64,000 nucleotides of DNA from Eledone cirrhosa (GCA_964016885.1 OZ024743.1:34782001-34846000), one strand, 5' to 3'. Positions 41,815 through 54,387 are shown, counted from the first letter of the stretch. A program made the numbers and translations. The notes: generated by a model from the sequence alone, not told the origin.

Positions 41815-42112
41815 GACTTATATGCGGACACGACGAACACCAAGACTGTCACATCCTCACCAGAACCCCAACAATGCCACCAACACCACCACCATCGCCC
41901 CAACTACCACCACAACAAATACTCCACCGCAATCATCCATACCACCACCACCTCCTCCACCACCACCACCGCCGCCACCACCACCACCACCACCACCACC
42001 ACCACCACAAACAATGCAAGATGTTGTAGAATTTCCATCGGAGATTTCACTCTGCAAAGACGCTGCTCCGACAGATCCCGAGGTGACCTCCACAATCGTG
42101 CAGATTTCTTGA
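41815..42112 (+). CDS. C2/MNNL-mucin gene, terminal exon E (cytoplasmic tail)
   Basis: Long pyrimidine tract + ACAG acceptor, phase 2 matches exon D. Translates (R)TYMRTRRTPRLSHPHQNPNN...P22...QTMQDVVEFPSEISLCKDAAPTDPEVTSTIVQIS*. Confidence 0.75.
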
Positions 42113-42339
42113 AATACGTAAAAAAAAAGATAAATATCGTTAAATATATAACTAAAACATGTTATTACAGCATAAATCACACAGACTGAATCATGTGGAG
42201 AGTTTGGTTCACTTGTTATAACACCAACACTATGGCTACGTTAACCACTGCAGAGTTTTATGCATGTGCATGTATATATATTTGTGTATATTTTATTATA
42301 TATATATATGCATGCACATACATACATACACACACACAA

Positions 42340-42419
<80 letters not shown>

Positions 42420-42731
42420 ATATTCTCGACCGCGACGCCAAGCGGTTTTGGCTTGTATGTTCAGCAAGCCTTTACGCGGTCGGCATCTCTATACCCACTT
42501 GCATCTCCAGTGCATTGAGTACTCCAGTGATTTGTGGTCTTCTCGGTTTCAGCACCGCAGACTCTGTCTATATATATATGTCTATCCAACCCTATATATA
42601 TATATATATATATGCACATACACATATATACATATACATATGTACGTATATCAAACATTAATATGTGTGATACATACTTACTTATATATATATATATAAA
42701 CAAATGGAAACTATATTTATAAAACCATATT

Positions 42732-42796
42732 TATTTCATTATACATATTTCAAGGACACCAAGTTAAATTATGGTGTGCTTTCATCAGATAAAATA
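42732..42796 (-). ncRNA. Mirror copy of the hammerhead motif in left arm of the palindrome
   Basis: Reverse complement of 42934-42998. Confidence 0.55.
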
Positions 42797-42933
42797 TAAT
42801 ATAGACCAGTTTTATAAATAAATATTGACATACCCCCAAAGAATGCAACCATTACTGTTGGAAGCTCCCGGATAGTAATGGTTGCATTCTTTAAGGGTAT
42901 GTCAATATTTATTTATAAAACTGCTCTATATTA

Positions 42934-42998
42934 TATTTTATCTGATGAAAGCACACCATAATTTAACTTGGTGTCCTTGAAATATGTATAATGAAATA
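42934..42998 (+). ncRNA. Hammerhead ribozyme motif in right arm of 333-bp palindrome
   Basis: TATTTTAT-CTGATGA-AAGCACACCA(loop)TGGTGTCCTT-GAAA-TATGTATA-ATGAAATA: stem II 9/10 paired, AUA triplet, 8-bp stem I. Confidence 0.55.
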
Positions 42999-43428
42999 AA
43001 TATGGTTTTATAAATATAGTTTCCATTTGTTAATATCGTATTTTTACTCCAATTATTTGTTGAGTGCTTTATATCAGTTATAAAAATATTTGCTTGTTGT
43101 ATCCCAACAATTTAAATAGAACTTTTACATATATATATATATATATATATATAGAATAGAATGAAACGAAATTTCATTTCTCACTCTTAGTACGGCACTT
43201 ATTTAAATGTAAGTATGTATGTATGTATACGTACATACATATATATATATACAGACGTACAGTAGTATGTATATATATACATACATGCACACATATATAT
43301 ATGCACGTATCGGTTTACCGAACATTTATTATAATGCTCGGTTTGTCTGTTTGTAAACAAACAAACAGCCCAAATTACGCCGTACTTTAGGCAACCACAT
43401 CACCTTTTTGTTCAACACTGACACAGGA

Positions 43429-43471
43429 ACGATGTACTAGTTTCAAGCTTATTAGCTATCGTCAGCATCGT
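43429..43471 (-). ncRNA. Minimal type I hammerhead ribozyme motif
   Basis: Minus strand reads ACGATG-CTGACGA-T-AGCT-AATA-AGCT-T-GAAA-CTA-GTA-CATCGT: perfect 6-bp stem I, intact core, palindromic ACTAGT helix III, GUA cleavage triplet. Confidence 0.75.
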
Positions 43472-43811
43472 ATACCTACCTGCCAGATGGTTGAACGTCT
43501 GAAAGTACGTCTGTATACATATATGTATGTACGTATACATACATACATACATACATACATACATACATACATACATACATACATACATACTTATATATAT
43601 ATATATATATATATATATTTCCTGTGTCCTGTATTTTCGTTGCTCTGGTAATGAGGTTGGACTGCCGACTGCTATATCTGATTTGCTAAGCTGTCTGAAC
43701 GTAATGTTATTACTCTGTGGTCTTACCTCATCCGAGTGCTAAAGCTACAGACCGATTATGCATATACGCTAGCTTGGCCGTTTACTAAAGCTTCGTCAAT
43801 GCTGTACTAAA

Positions 43812-43888
<77 letters not shown>

Positions 43889-43891
<3 letters not shown>

Positions 43892-44627
43892 TGGGTTGAA
43901 TAGAAACGTCTCGCCATTTTTCAAAAGTTGAACGTTGCGCATGAGCACATCTATTAAAAGTGACGGCGGTATGCACTATTTTCAGACCTCATTTTCTGTT
44001 ACGCCGTCAAAGGAGAAGTAACATGGATCTATGCAATCTTATTCATAGCTGTTTACTTAATTACTTCAAATCTAGCCTAAGCACAGCAGCATCGAGTCGT
44101 CGCTTTAACAATTCATTTGGGTCAAATACCATGTCTGATCGCACTACTGCCAGCTACTGGTTCGCACGCTTCCGTTCCATTGATTACAGCCTTGAAGATC
44201 GACCTCATGCAGCACGTCCATCCGACGTCAATGACAAGCAACTGCGTGAGCTGGTGGAAGCCGACCTACGTCAGACAACACGTCATCTCTCCCTAGTGCT
44301 TGGGGTATCGAAAACAGCCATCCTCAATCACTTTCATGCAATAGAGAAGGTGGTGAAGGCGCATGGCTTAGTGGTTAGAGCATTGGGCTTGCAATGGAAA
44401 GGTTGTGAGTTCAATTCTCGGAGCGGGTGATGTGTTGTTTCCTTCAGCAAGACACATTATTTCACGTTGCTTCAGTTTACTCAGCTGTAGAAATGAGATG
44501 ATAGGACTGGGGTCCCTATCATTAAACCACCCAAGACACCTCCAACGAGATATACCTTGGAGGAGGCCAGCTAAACCTGCATAGGTGTGAGTTGTCACAC
44601 ACTCACACACAATAGAGAAGGTGTCCA
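43889..44627 (+). pseudogene. Truncated mariner (Mos1/SETMAR-like) transposase N-terminus interrupted by a SINE
   Basis: ...SYWFARFRSIDYSLEDRPHAARPSDVNDKQLRELVEADLRQTTRHLSLVLGVSKTAILNHFHAIEKV matches mariner HTH domains. No catalytic domain follows. Confidence 0.85.
44353..44609 (+). mobile_element. SINE family B with 14-bp TSD
   Basis: CAATAGAGAAGGTG duplicated at 44339-44352 and 44610-44623. Confidence 0.92.
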
Positions 44628-44884
44628 TATATATGGAGTCTGTGGTGCGAAAACCGGGAAGACCAGAAATCAGGGTAGTATTTGATACATGTTGAGATGC
44701 AGAGTTGGTATATTGAAGAGGTAGAATCCCGACTGCAAACCCTGCGGCTTCTACTTGTTTTCTCTAGCCTTCTAAATGGTCGGGACCCTTGAGAAAGCTT
44801 GAGAAAAGAATCTGAAACCGCAGGGCTCGTGGTTGGGATTCTAATTCTTCAATACATATATATATATATATGTATGTGTGTGTG

Positions 44885-44974
<90 letters not shown>

Positions 44975-45573
44975 TACGTGTGTATGTATGTTGCGTGTTT
45001 GTGTGTGTTCAATATTGGCTTGTATAAGAAGTGTGTAGATTACTAATGTACGTATGTGTATGGTAATCAGGATTATAAATATATTCCTAAATATGATTAT
45101 TTTTCGGACACCTAACTTGATCTTTGGAGACACAAAACATTGTTATATTTCCATCTACGTTACGGTTTGATCGTTTTGATCTCCGATAAAAACGTTGTGC
45201 AGATGTAAATAGTTTTTGGTTTTGTTTTGTTTTTAATTTCATTTCTAAAGGTGAGGTTAATAGTCGGAACTTATTGACTACAACTTATGTGAAACATTTA
45301 TACATTTAAGCATATGTAAATATTTCGTAAAGCGGCAATACCGCTGAGGCCAACTTTGCCTTTCATCCATTCGAGGTCGATAAATAAAGTTATCTCTCTC
45401 TTTCTCTCTGCAATTAAAACCTACATACACAGACACATACATATTTCGTGGAATGGTGTAAAAAAATAACCGATCTGTAAACCCTATTGCCTTATTAATT
45501 GTTTTCCTTTTTCACTACACATGCATTCAAACATGCTTTTATACATACATATATACATACTAGGGCGGCGAAT

Positions 45574-47033
45574 TGGCAGAGTGGTTACAACGTCGTATAG
45601 AATGGCAGAGTGGTTACAACGTCGTATAGAATGGCAGAGTGGTTACAACGTCGTATAGAATGGCAGAGTCGTTACAACGTCGTATAGAATGGCAGTCGTT
45701 ACAACGTCGTATAGAATGGCAGAGTGGTTACAACGTCGTATAGAATGGCAGTCGTTACAACGTCGTATAGAATGGCAGTCGTTACAACGTCGTATAGAAT
45801 GGCAGTCGTTACAACGTCGTATAGAATGGCAGAGTCGTTACAACGTCGTATAGAATGGCAGTCGTTACAACGTCGTATAGAATGGCAGAGTCGTTACAAC
45901 GTCGTATAGAATGGCAGTCGTTACAACGTCGTATAGAATGGCAGTCGTTACAACGTCGTATAGAATGGCAGAGTGGTTACAACGTCGTATAGAATGGCAG
46001 AGTCGTTACAACGTCGTATAGAATGGCAGTCGTTACAACGTCGTATAGAATGGCAGAGTCGTTACAACGTCGTATAGAATGGCAGTCGTTACAACGTCGT
46101 ATAGAATGGCAGAGTGGTTACAACGTCGTATAGAATGGCAGTCGTTACAACGTCGTATAGAATGGCAGAGTCGTTACAACGTCGTATAGAATGGCAGAGT
46201 GGTTACAACGTCGTATAGAATGGCAGTCGTTACAACGTCGTATAGAATGGCAGAGTCGTTACAACGTCGTATAGAATGGCAGAGTCGTTACAACGTCGTA
46301 TAGAATGGCAGTCGTTACAACGTCGTATAGAATGGCAGAGTGGTTACAACGTCGTATAGAATGGCAGTCGTTACAACGTCGTATAGAATGGCAGTCGTTA
46401 CAACGTCGTATAGAATGGCAGTCGTTACAACGTCGTATAGAATGGCAGAGTCGTTACAACGTCGTATAGAATGGCAGTCGTTACAACGTCGTATAGAATG
46501 GCAGAGTCGTTACAACGTCGTATAGAATGGCAGTCGTTACAACGTCGTATAGAATGGCAGTCGTTACAACGTCGTATAGAATGGCAGAGTGGTTACAACG
46601 TCGTATAGAATGGCAGAGTCGTTACAACGTCGTATAGAATGGCAGTCGTTACAACGTCGTATAGAATGGCAGAGTCGTTACAACGTCGTATAGAATGGCA
46701 GTCGTTACAACGTCGTATAGAATGGCAGAGTGGTTACAACGTCGTATAGAATGGCAGTCGTTACAACGTCGTATAGAATGGCAGAGTCGTTACAACGTCG
46801 TATAGAATGGCAGAGTCGTTACAACGTCGTATAGAATGGCAGTCGTTACAACGTCGTATAGAATGGCAGAGTGGTTACAACGTCGTATAGAATGGCAGTC
46901 GTTACAACGTCGTATAGAATGGCAGAGTCGTTACAACGTCATATAGAATGGCAGAGTCGTTACAACGTCGTATAGAATGGCAGTCGTTACAACGTCGTAT
47001 AGAATGGCAGAGTCGTTACAACGTCGTATAGAA
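45574..47033 (+). repeat. 27/29-bp tandem array (TGGCAG[AG]TSGTTACAACGTCGTATAGAA)n inside a SINE head
   Basis: ~52 units, flanked 5' by the SINE start AGGGCGGCGAAT and 3' by the SINE B-box GAGTTCAAATCCCG and core. Confidence 0.95.
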
Positions 47034-47852
47034 TGCTTTATCGTATTTGTTCCGGTTCTCTGCTCTCGGAGTTCAAATCCCGCCGTGGTCAACTTTTCAT
47101 CTTTTCGAGGTGATAAAAAAAGTACCAGTCTAGTACTGGGGTCGATTCTTCTTGTGTATATCTATCTCATTTCCTCTCTCTCATTTTGTATCTCTTTGAA
47201 AGAAATCTGCTGTACTCAGGTCTGGAGAGGGATGGGCTCCACCAGGCAGAAAACGCCCAAGTAACGCCGTATGTCAATACGGTGTCCCTACAACTCTGTC
47301 AGGAGTTACGGGACCATACATACATAAACATACTACATATCTTTTTTTTTCTATAAGACATACATACCTGTATATATTCTACATACCTGTATATATTCTA
47401 CATACCTGTATATATTCTACATACCTGTATATATTCGAACGTACATATGTCTACGTGTTGCATCTGAGTTCGTCGGAAACATTTTCACAATTTAGCAGTA
47501 TTATTTTGTGATTTTGTTTTTAAATCTTTTTTTTTATTATTGTTTGGGGGTGATGATGAGGGGGTGTGATCCTTCATCTGTTATATAAGAACATTAATTT
47601 TAATATCGTTTATTGTGAAATCAGCAAACATTACAAAAGAACCTTTATGGAATTATCAAACCCAAGTGATGTTAATCTGTTCGTTGGACATTTATTAAAC
47701 CATGTTCCATTGTGAACACATGGGTGGATGAGCTTTAACTTGTCTAAATGTATATATTATATTGTGATATATTGTATTATATAGTATTGTATTGTATTAT
47801 ATTGTATTGTATTATATAGTATTGTATTATATTTTATATTATATTATATTAT

Positions 47853-48251
47853 TAATTGTTTCGACTTTTGGCACAAGGCCAGCAATTATCTAGTACGTTT
47901 CTGGTACTTTAGTTTATCGACCCCGTAAGGATGAAAGGCAAAGTTAACCTCGGCGGGATTTGAACTAAGACCATAAAGCGACGTAACTATGCGTCAAAGC
48001 ATGGCGTCAGACCCTCTACCTATACAGCCAATCCACCACCCTATTATATTATATTATTAATGGCAGTGGATTGGCAGTGTCGGTAGAGAGTTGGCACCCT
48101 GCTTTGAAGCATAGAGTTACGTCCCTTTATGATCTGAGTTCAAATCCCGCCGAGGTTAACTTTGCCTTTCATCCTTACGGAGTCGATAAAATAAAGTACC
48201 AGTAATGTACTGGATAATTGCTGGCCTTGTGCCAAAAATAGAAACAATTAT
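47853..48251. mobile_element. Head-to-head inverted pair of SINE family A copies
   Basis: Minus copy 47853-48041 and plus copy 48061-48251, separated by ~20 bp. Confidence 0.9.
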
Positions 48252-48540
48252 ATTATATTATATTATATTATATTATATTATATTATATTCAACTTTGTCT
48301 TTCATCTTCCCGGGGCTCAATAAAAAAAAGTACCAATCACGTACTGGGATCGATATAATTGTCATACCATGTCCCAAAATTGATATCCTTTTTCCAAAAT
48401 AGAAACTATTATGTTATATTTTATTACAATGTAACAAATCGCATGGGTAACCAGATTAACTGACCGTGTATTTCAACTGTAATTATTTCAGAACGACATG
48501 GAAGAGATTCACTACAAACATTTTTATTGGGTGTTGCCAA

Positions 48541-48810
48541 GAGCCTTGTTTCAGTGGGGTACTAAGGGAACAAGTCCCCACTCCCCCACTTTTTCAAACG
48601 TCTATGTTTTATTTTTTGTTTATTTGATATAATAAACTCTTTTTAAGCTTATTTTTTATATCCGAACTTCATTTGAATATATCAAATTTAATTAGTGATA
48701 AATTTTACTTATGTGATAGGGTTAAAGGCACCATAAGTAATACTAACATGCTCCTTTAAGAATCAACAAATGTTGGCTTGTCCCCCTTACATTTTAAAGG
48801 CAAACGAGGC
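48541..48810. mobile_element. MITE-like element (empty-site copy of 8305-8752)
   Basis: Shared body AAGCTTATTTTTTATAT.GAACTTCATTTGAATATAT...GAATCAACAAATGTTGG. Confidence 0.65.
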
Positions 48811-49432
48811 ATAGTTTCGTTGACTTCGGATCAGCTGCATTTTGGTTTACAACAGTTGTGACTACATCACTTACTTTGACCAACAACAAACTGCCTAATT
48901 AGTGAACTGTGGGAATGCAATCGTTCTTCATCATTCGCAAAACATTGTCTGAATGATCACATGTATAATTCACGTGTGTGAAACTCCGAGTAACGATGGA
49001 TTAAATTTAAAAATATAAACATATGTTACAGCGAAAGAAAAACGAAAAGTCGTTTAGATCAAGTGATGCCTGTGCTTGAAATGTTTTTTTAAGAAAAGAA
49101 AGGCCTTGCATTGGACCAATCTCATTCATTAAACAACAGTGACATTCCTAAAAAATAACAGGTCAACATTAGTCGCAGATTTTACATCAGTATTTTCGTT
49201 CTAGAATGATGTCTTAACAAGACCTAGCAGACTCTCCTGATCGGATACCAAACCGACTATTTCCATGTTCCCACGCATACATACATATATTACGTGATTT
49301 ACTTTCCTACTGATACCTCCTAATTAATCAATCAATCAAAATTCTATTCATTTTAACGTGTTTGTTAATTGTAAATATCCACGTCTCCTGATTTCTTTGG
49401 GGAAAGAATAAAAGTTGTCATTACTTTTATAG

Positions 49433-49625
49433 TGCGGTGGATTGGCAGTATCGGTAGAGGGTCGGACGCCATGCTTTGCAGCATAGAGTTATGTCCCTTT
49501 TTGATCTGAGTTCAAATCCCACTGAGGGTAACTTTACCTTTCATCCTTACGGGTTCGGTAAAATAAAGTAATAGTAAGCCACTGGGGTGATTGCTGGCCT
49601 TGTGCCAAAAGTAGAAACAATTATT
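49433..49625 (+). mobile_element. SINE family A
   Basis: Full-length copy. Confidence 0.9.
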
Positions 49626-49666
49626 TTCATTGTCTCTACCTAGTACACAGAGTGCATGTGTATTAT

Positions 49667-49997
49667 AGGGTTGGATTTAGACCTTAGGGGGCCCGGGGCA
49701 CTTCAGATTTGAGGGGGTGGCGGGCTCATAAACAAAAAATCAGAATACACAGCAAACCTCCAATTTTACATATCAAAGTTAGCTTGGTGCAAGTAACTGG
49801 AATTGAAAAGTTATACACAGAGATATTAAATTCTAAAATTCTAACCAGTCTAAAAATAAAAAAAAACCAGCTGAGGGCGCAAATAAATTGCTACGGCCGT
49901 CGCTACCCACCACCCCACACCCACCCACCCCACACACACACACACTGTAAGGGACCCGGGGAAATTGCCCACTTTGCCCCCCTTTAAATCTGACCCT
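49667..49997. mobile_element. MITE with short TIRs
   Basis: AGGGTTGGATTTA ... TAAATCTGACCCT, with GC-rich subterminal motifs. Confidence 0.55.
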
Positions 49998-50480
49998 TGT
50001 GTAACACACTGTATCTTTCTTGAAATGAAGTCTCTTGTACGAATTATTAAAATCAACATATGTGCAACAATACACTGCGTCTTATCTGTATCACAGTAAT
50101 TGTTATTTGTAACACACAATGTCTTGCCTGAAACTGTTTTTGTTTTCTATAAAATAGTGTAACTTGTTTGTAACCTATTATGTATCTTATCAGCAACGAA
50201 ATAAATCTTGTTTGTCACATATATTTTTCTGTAACAGATATACAAGTTGTAATGAACTGTATCTAACAATAATGTATTCTGTTTGTAATATACTGTAATA
50301 TAACACAATGTATCTTTTCCATAACCCGGTGTATCTTGCATGTAAAATAACGTATATTGCATGTAACATACCGTGTTGCCTGTATCATACTATATCTTTG
50401 AAATAAAATGTTCTTTGCCAGAAAAACGTTGTGGATTGACAATATTCTGATGTACGTATATTGACATACATGTATGTGTA

Positions 50481-51014
50481 CGAGGGTGCTTCAAAAAGTT
50501 CGTGGAAAAAGGATAGTTGGAAAAAACGGTTTAAGTTATGATGTTTATTTTTGACAATATATGTTCCATCTAGGTTAATACACTTCTGCGAGCGTTGATA
50601 CCAGCCTTTAAGTTCATCTGTGTAAAACTGGAGGCCATGTGACTTAAACCATGTCAAAGCAGCTTTTTTTACATCTTCAGCCTCATCTCTTCCATTTCTA
50701 AAACGACTTATCCATTTATAGGTTGTTGATTTATTTGGGGCATTATCCCCATAAACTTACTCCAGAGCGTCACTGATTTGGCTGCTCTCCCACCCTAGCT
50801 TCACCATGAATTTGATGTTTTGATGGAGGCCGTGTTGCTCGAGTGAGCGCTGACTTCCGACTGGCGGCGCCGCGTTGCAAAATGCATTTGATGGTTTATG
50901 TTAGAACAAATTATGACACGTTAGTACGAGAACGGACAGGTGCATTGAGATCAAAATCGCTGCATATGATTTTTAGCTAAGTACTTTTTCCACGAACTTT
51001 TTGAAGGCCCTTTG
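50481..51014 (-). mobile_element. Internally deleted mariner element (MITE-like)
   Basis: ~30-bp TIRs (CGAGGGTGCTTCAAAAAGTTCGTGGAAAAAG / CTTTTTCCACGAACTTTTTGAAGGCCCTTTG), TA TSDs, transposase C-terminal remnant WFKSHGLQFYTDELKGWYQRSQKCINLDGTYIVK. Confidence 0.85.
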
Positions 51015-51032
51015 TATGTTTATGTATGCATG

Positions 51033-53827
51033 TTTAGCAGGATGGTTAGTCGTGGTCGCCACTTTAACAGGGTAGATGATTGAAGGTCGTTAGTTGCCAG
51101 TGTGGTAAGTGATAGTATCCTCGTTGGATTATCTTGTCGACATAGACGTGAGGGAAGGTCCCTCGATCTATTTACCATCTTAATATTTACAATATTCCTT
51201 TCGTCAGGTCGCCAATTCCAGCAGCATGGATTATAGATGTTATTGAGACACGAGTAACATAATAATGATTTCAACAGCAGAAATTAGAGATGAAATGTAT
51301 GTTTATTTTTGATGTAGCACAAACAATGTTTGTTAACTTATATGGTTGAAGTTACAGATAAAAAGAGGTTACAAAAGGGAATGTGCCATTGCGCCGAAAA
51401 GCTGGCGAGGCTAGGGTGCAATATCTCACCGTTACATTATGCGTGTTGCTGGCTCGAAGTTTCTGGTACAAGAGAGAGATTCTTCAAATCCTCGCGGGGA
51501 ATTTCTTCCTCAGGGCGCGTAGGGATACATCCTCTTCTACTGGCGCTGATTGGCTGAACTGAGCCAAATCACGCACAGAGAATTTATGTGAGCCCGCGGA
51601 ATGTAGGTCACTACATCACCTCCGAGCAGATTTTCAGCCGAAAATCGATAACGAAGAAACCAAGGACCCACATATTATTGAATCAGCAAGAACAAATGCT
51701 GAAAGAGCACATCAGTGAAAAAATAATTGAACAGAAAGATTCATGCAAGAACAAAAAAAATTAGGCGCGACTGGCCGTGTTGAGCCGCTGTCAAATGACT
51801 AGCTGTTTTGTAGTTTAAACGAGACCCTCAAGGGCCTACCAGAAAACAGATAAAGTCTGACATGGGCAAAGTTGCTGTTCTTGCATTAAATGTTAATGGT
51901 AAGCGTTGTACCAGTAGCTGTGAACGAAGCTATTATGGTAGTTTACCAGTGCTGGCGAGAAAATGATGGCCCCCAGATGTATTGTCGAATGTGCTGTGGA
52001 GCCAGGAGAAAATAGGTAGTTGCTTTGTAAAGAAAAAAAAAGCAAGTTTAATCTGTAGGTGGGTTGCAGTGTAAATTCCATAATTCGGACGAATCCACAG
52101 AAGTGGCCGAAATGCTGACAAGTCCAGTTCAATTTGTTGCTTTCCCAGCGAGACGGGCAAAAACAACAAGACGGATGGCCGTCATGGACGATCAGTGTGC
52201 AACGAGATGCGAAGCTGTTTGAGTTCAGCTGCAATTAGTATTCTCGTGTTGCGGTGCCTGTTTGAATCCAGTGGATTAAGCTCTGTGAGCTGCTAGCATG
52301 TGACAGCACCTCAACCAGGTGAAAAGGGACTCGCAGAATATTACGTTTGAAGAACATATACCCAGAACAACATGTTGGTGTGTGATAAAAAAAAATGTGT
52401 GCATATGCAGGCATGTAAAACAGCAAATAATGTGAATGAACAAAAACCATGAGCAAGCAAATAGCAAAAGAGCACAAAACAAGTAAATGCATTCTACAAA
52501 GAAATATGTGAATGTAACAAACTGATGATTCAAAGTCAATCTAAGGGAGCAGAGAAATTGCTCAATAAGTTCAAAGTTTTTCAAAGTCAAATAGTTCACA
52601 CATCACCAGTGTACAGACACTAGTTCTATCTGAAAACTGAAAAAGAAGTTTGTTAATGCCGTTAGGGGTTAGATGTATGGTGTTTTTGAGAGTTTTCGTG
52701 GCCATTCTACCGTCTTGCCACCTTGTGTGACATAAGGTTTTGTTGTTAAAGCAAAGTCAATGAATCTTCTGTAGAGCAGCAGTCAAGCGCTGAAGAACCC
52801 AGAGTCCAACATGGCAGCCACCTCTGACGCCATAATGGTGAGAAAACTACTGTCTCAATTTCTCGAGTCCCTGTGGTAACGAGACAGAAGGTATGGTGGT
52901 TGCGTCGGTAAAGTTACAAGCCGTTTTGAAATTTCCGATGTGTGGTGGTTTGCGTCGGTAAGGCTATGAAGCTGCCACTCACTATTCCCTGTTTTGGTCA
53001 GTGGTTAAGCAATGCTGTCCCTCCCGCTGCTGTCGTTGTTGTTGATTGTAGACAGGACCTGTCGGTAGCCATTTTGAAATTCCCTCGTGGCGAAAAGTTT
53101 TTTGAAATACTGCTAATTTTTCAAAAAAAAAATTTTGAAAGGAATATATTGTATTTTCGCAAGTTGCGAAAAGGTTGGCAACGTGGCAATAAAAGTTCAA
53201 CTGAATAAAAAAGGGCTGCGTTAAATTCTTACGTCGGTCACCACTTTAGCAGGATGGTTAGTCGTGGTCGCCACTTTAACAGGGTAGATGATTGAAGGTC
53301 GTTAGTTGCCAGTGTGGTAAGTGATAGTATCCTCGTTGGATTATCTTGTCGACATAGACGTGAGGGAAGGTCCCTCGATCTATTTACCATCTTAATATTT
53401 ACAATATTCCTTTCGTCAGGTCGCCAATTCCAGCAGCATGGATTATAGATGTTATTGAGACACGAGTAACATAATAATGATTTCAACAGCAGAAATTAGA
53501 GATGAAATGTATGTTTATTTTTGATGTAGCACAAACAATGTTTGTTAACTTATATGGTTGAAGTTACAGATAAAAAGAGGTTACAAAAGGGAATGTGCCA
53601 TTGCGCCGAAAAGCCGGCGAGGCTAGGGTGCAATATCTCACCGTTACATTATGCGTGTTGCTGGCTCGAAGTTTCTGGTACAAGAGAGAGATTCTTCAAA
53701 TCCTCGCGGGGAATTTCTTCCTCAGGGCGCGTAGGGATACATCCTCTTCTACTGGCGCTGATTGGCTGAACTGAGCCAAATCACGCACAGAGAATTTATG
53801 TGAGCCCGCGGAATGTAGGTCACTACA
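51033..53827 (-). mobile_element. Non-autonomous Gypsy-type LTR retrotransposon (CsRn1-like features)
   Basis: 583-bp direct repeats 51033-51615 and 53245-53827 (only one mismatch spotted). CATG TSD at 51029-51032 and 53828-53831. LTR starts TGTAG on the minus strand. PBS-like TGGTGACCGACGT at 53231-53243. Short purine tract GGAGGTGA before the 3' LTR. No intact ORF. Confidence 0.88.
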
Positions 53828-53831
53828 CATG

Positions 53832-53863
<32 letters not shown>

Positions 53864-54216
53864 TGTATGTATGTATGTACGTATGTGTGTATTATGGACC
53901 TGTAACTCCTGATGAAGTCGTGGAGGCAATGTAGTGATACACAACATGTATTGGACATTTTAAACCTGTCAGAGCCCATCTCCTCGCCAACATATTGACA
54001 TTAACTCATAAATTCTCAGTAATCCATTAAACATTAAATCGAATATTATATAATTTTCATAGAACATGATATACTTTGACTATAATGTATTTTAAATTTT
54101 CCGTAATATATATCTTGCCTATAATGATATATATGTCGCTTGTATTACTTAATACACATACTTAAGCATGCACACGCTTACAACACGCACGCACACACAC
54201 ACACACACACACACAT

Positions 54217-54303
<87 letters not shown>

Positions 54304-54387
54304 CTCTACGGTTCTTATATATTTGATATATATTTATCCTTATCGAGCCCTCTTTGGATTTTAGTCTTCAAATTTATTATTATTACT

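Larger units (their letters stand above)
42699..43031. repeat. Near-perfect palindrome, ~160-bp arms
   Basis: AACAAATGGAAACTATATTTATAAAACC... is the reverse complement of ...GGTTTTATAAATATAGTTTCCATTTGTT, with few mismatches and a short loop near 42865. Confidence 0.95.

Noticed and set aside
45574-47033. CRISPR-like array of ~28-bp repeats
   Set aside because: No unique spacers, no cas genes, eukaryotic context; it is a tandem expansion inside a SINE.
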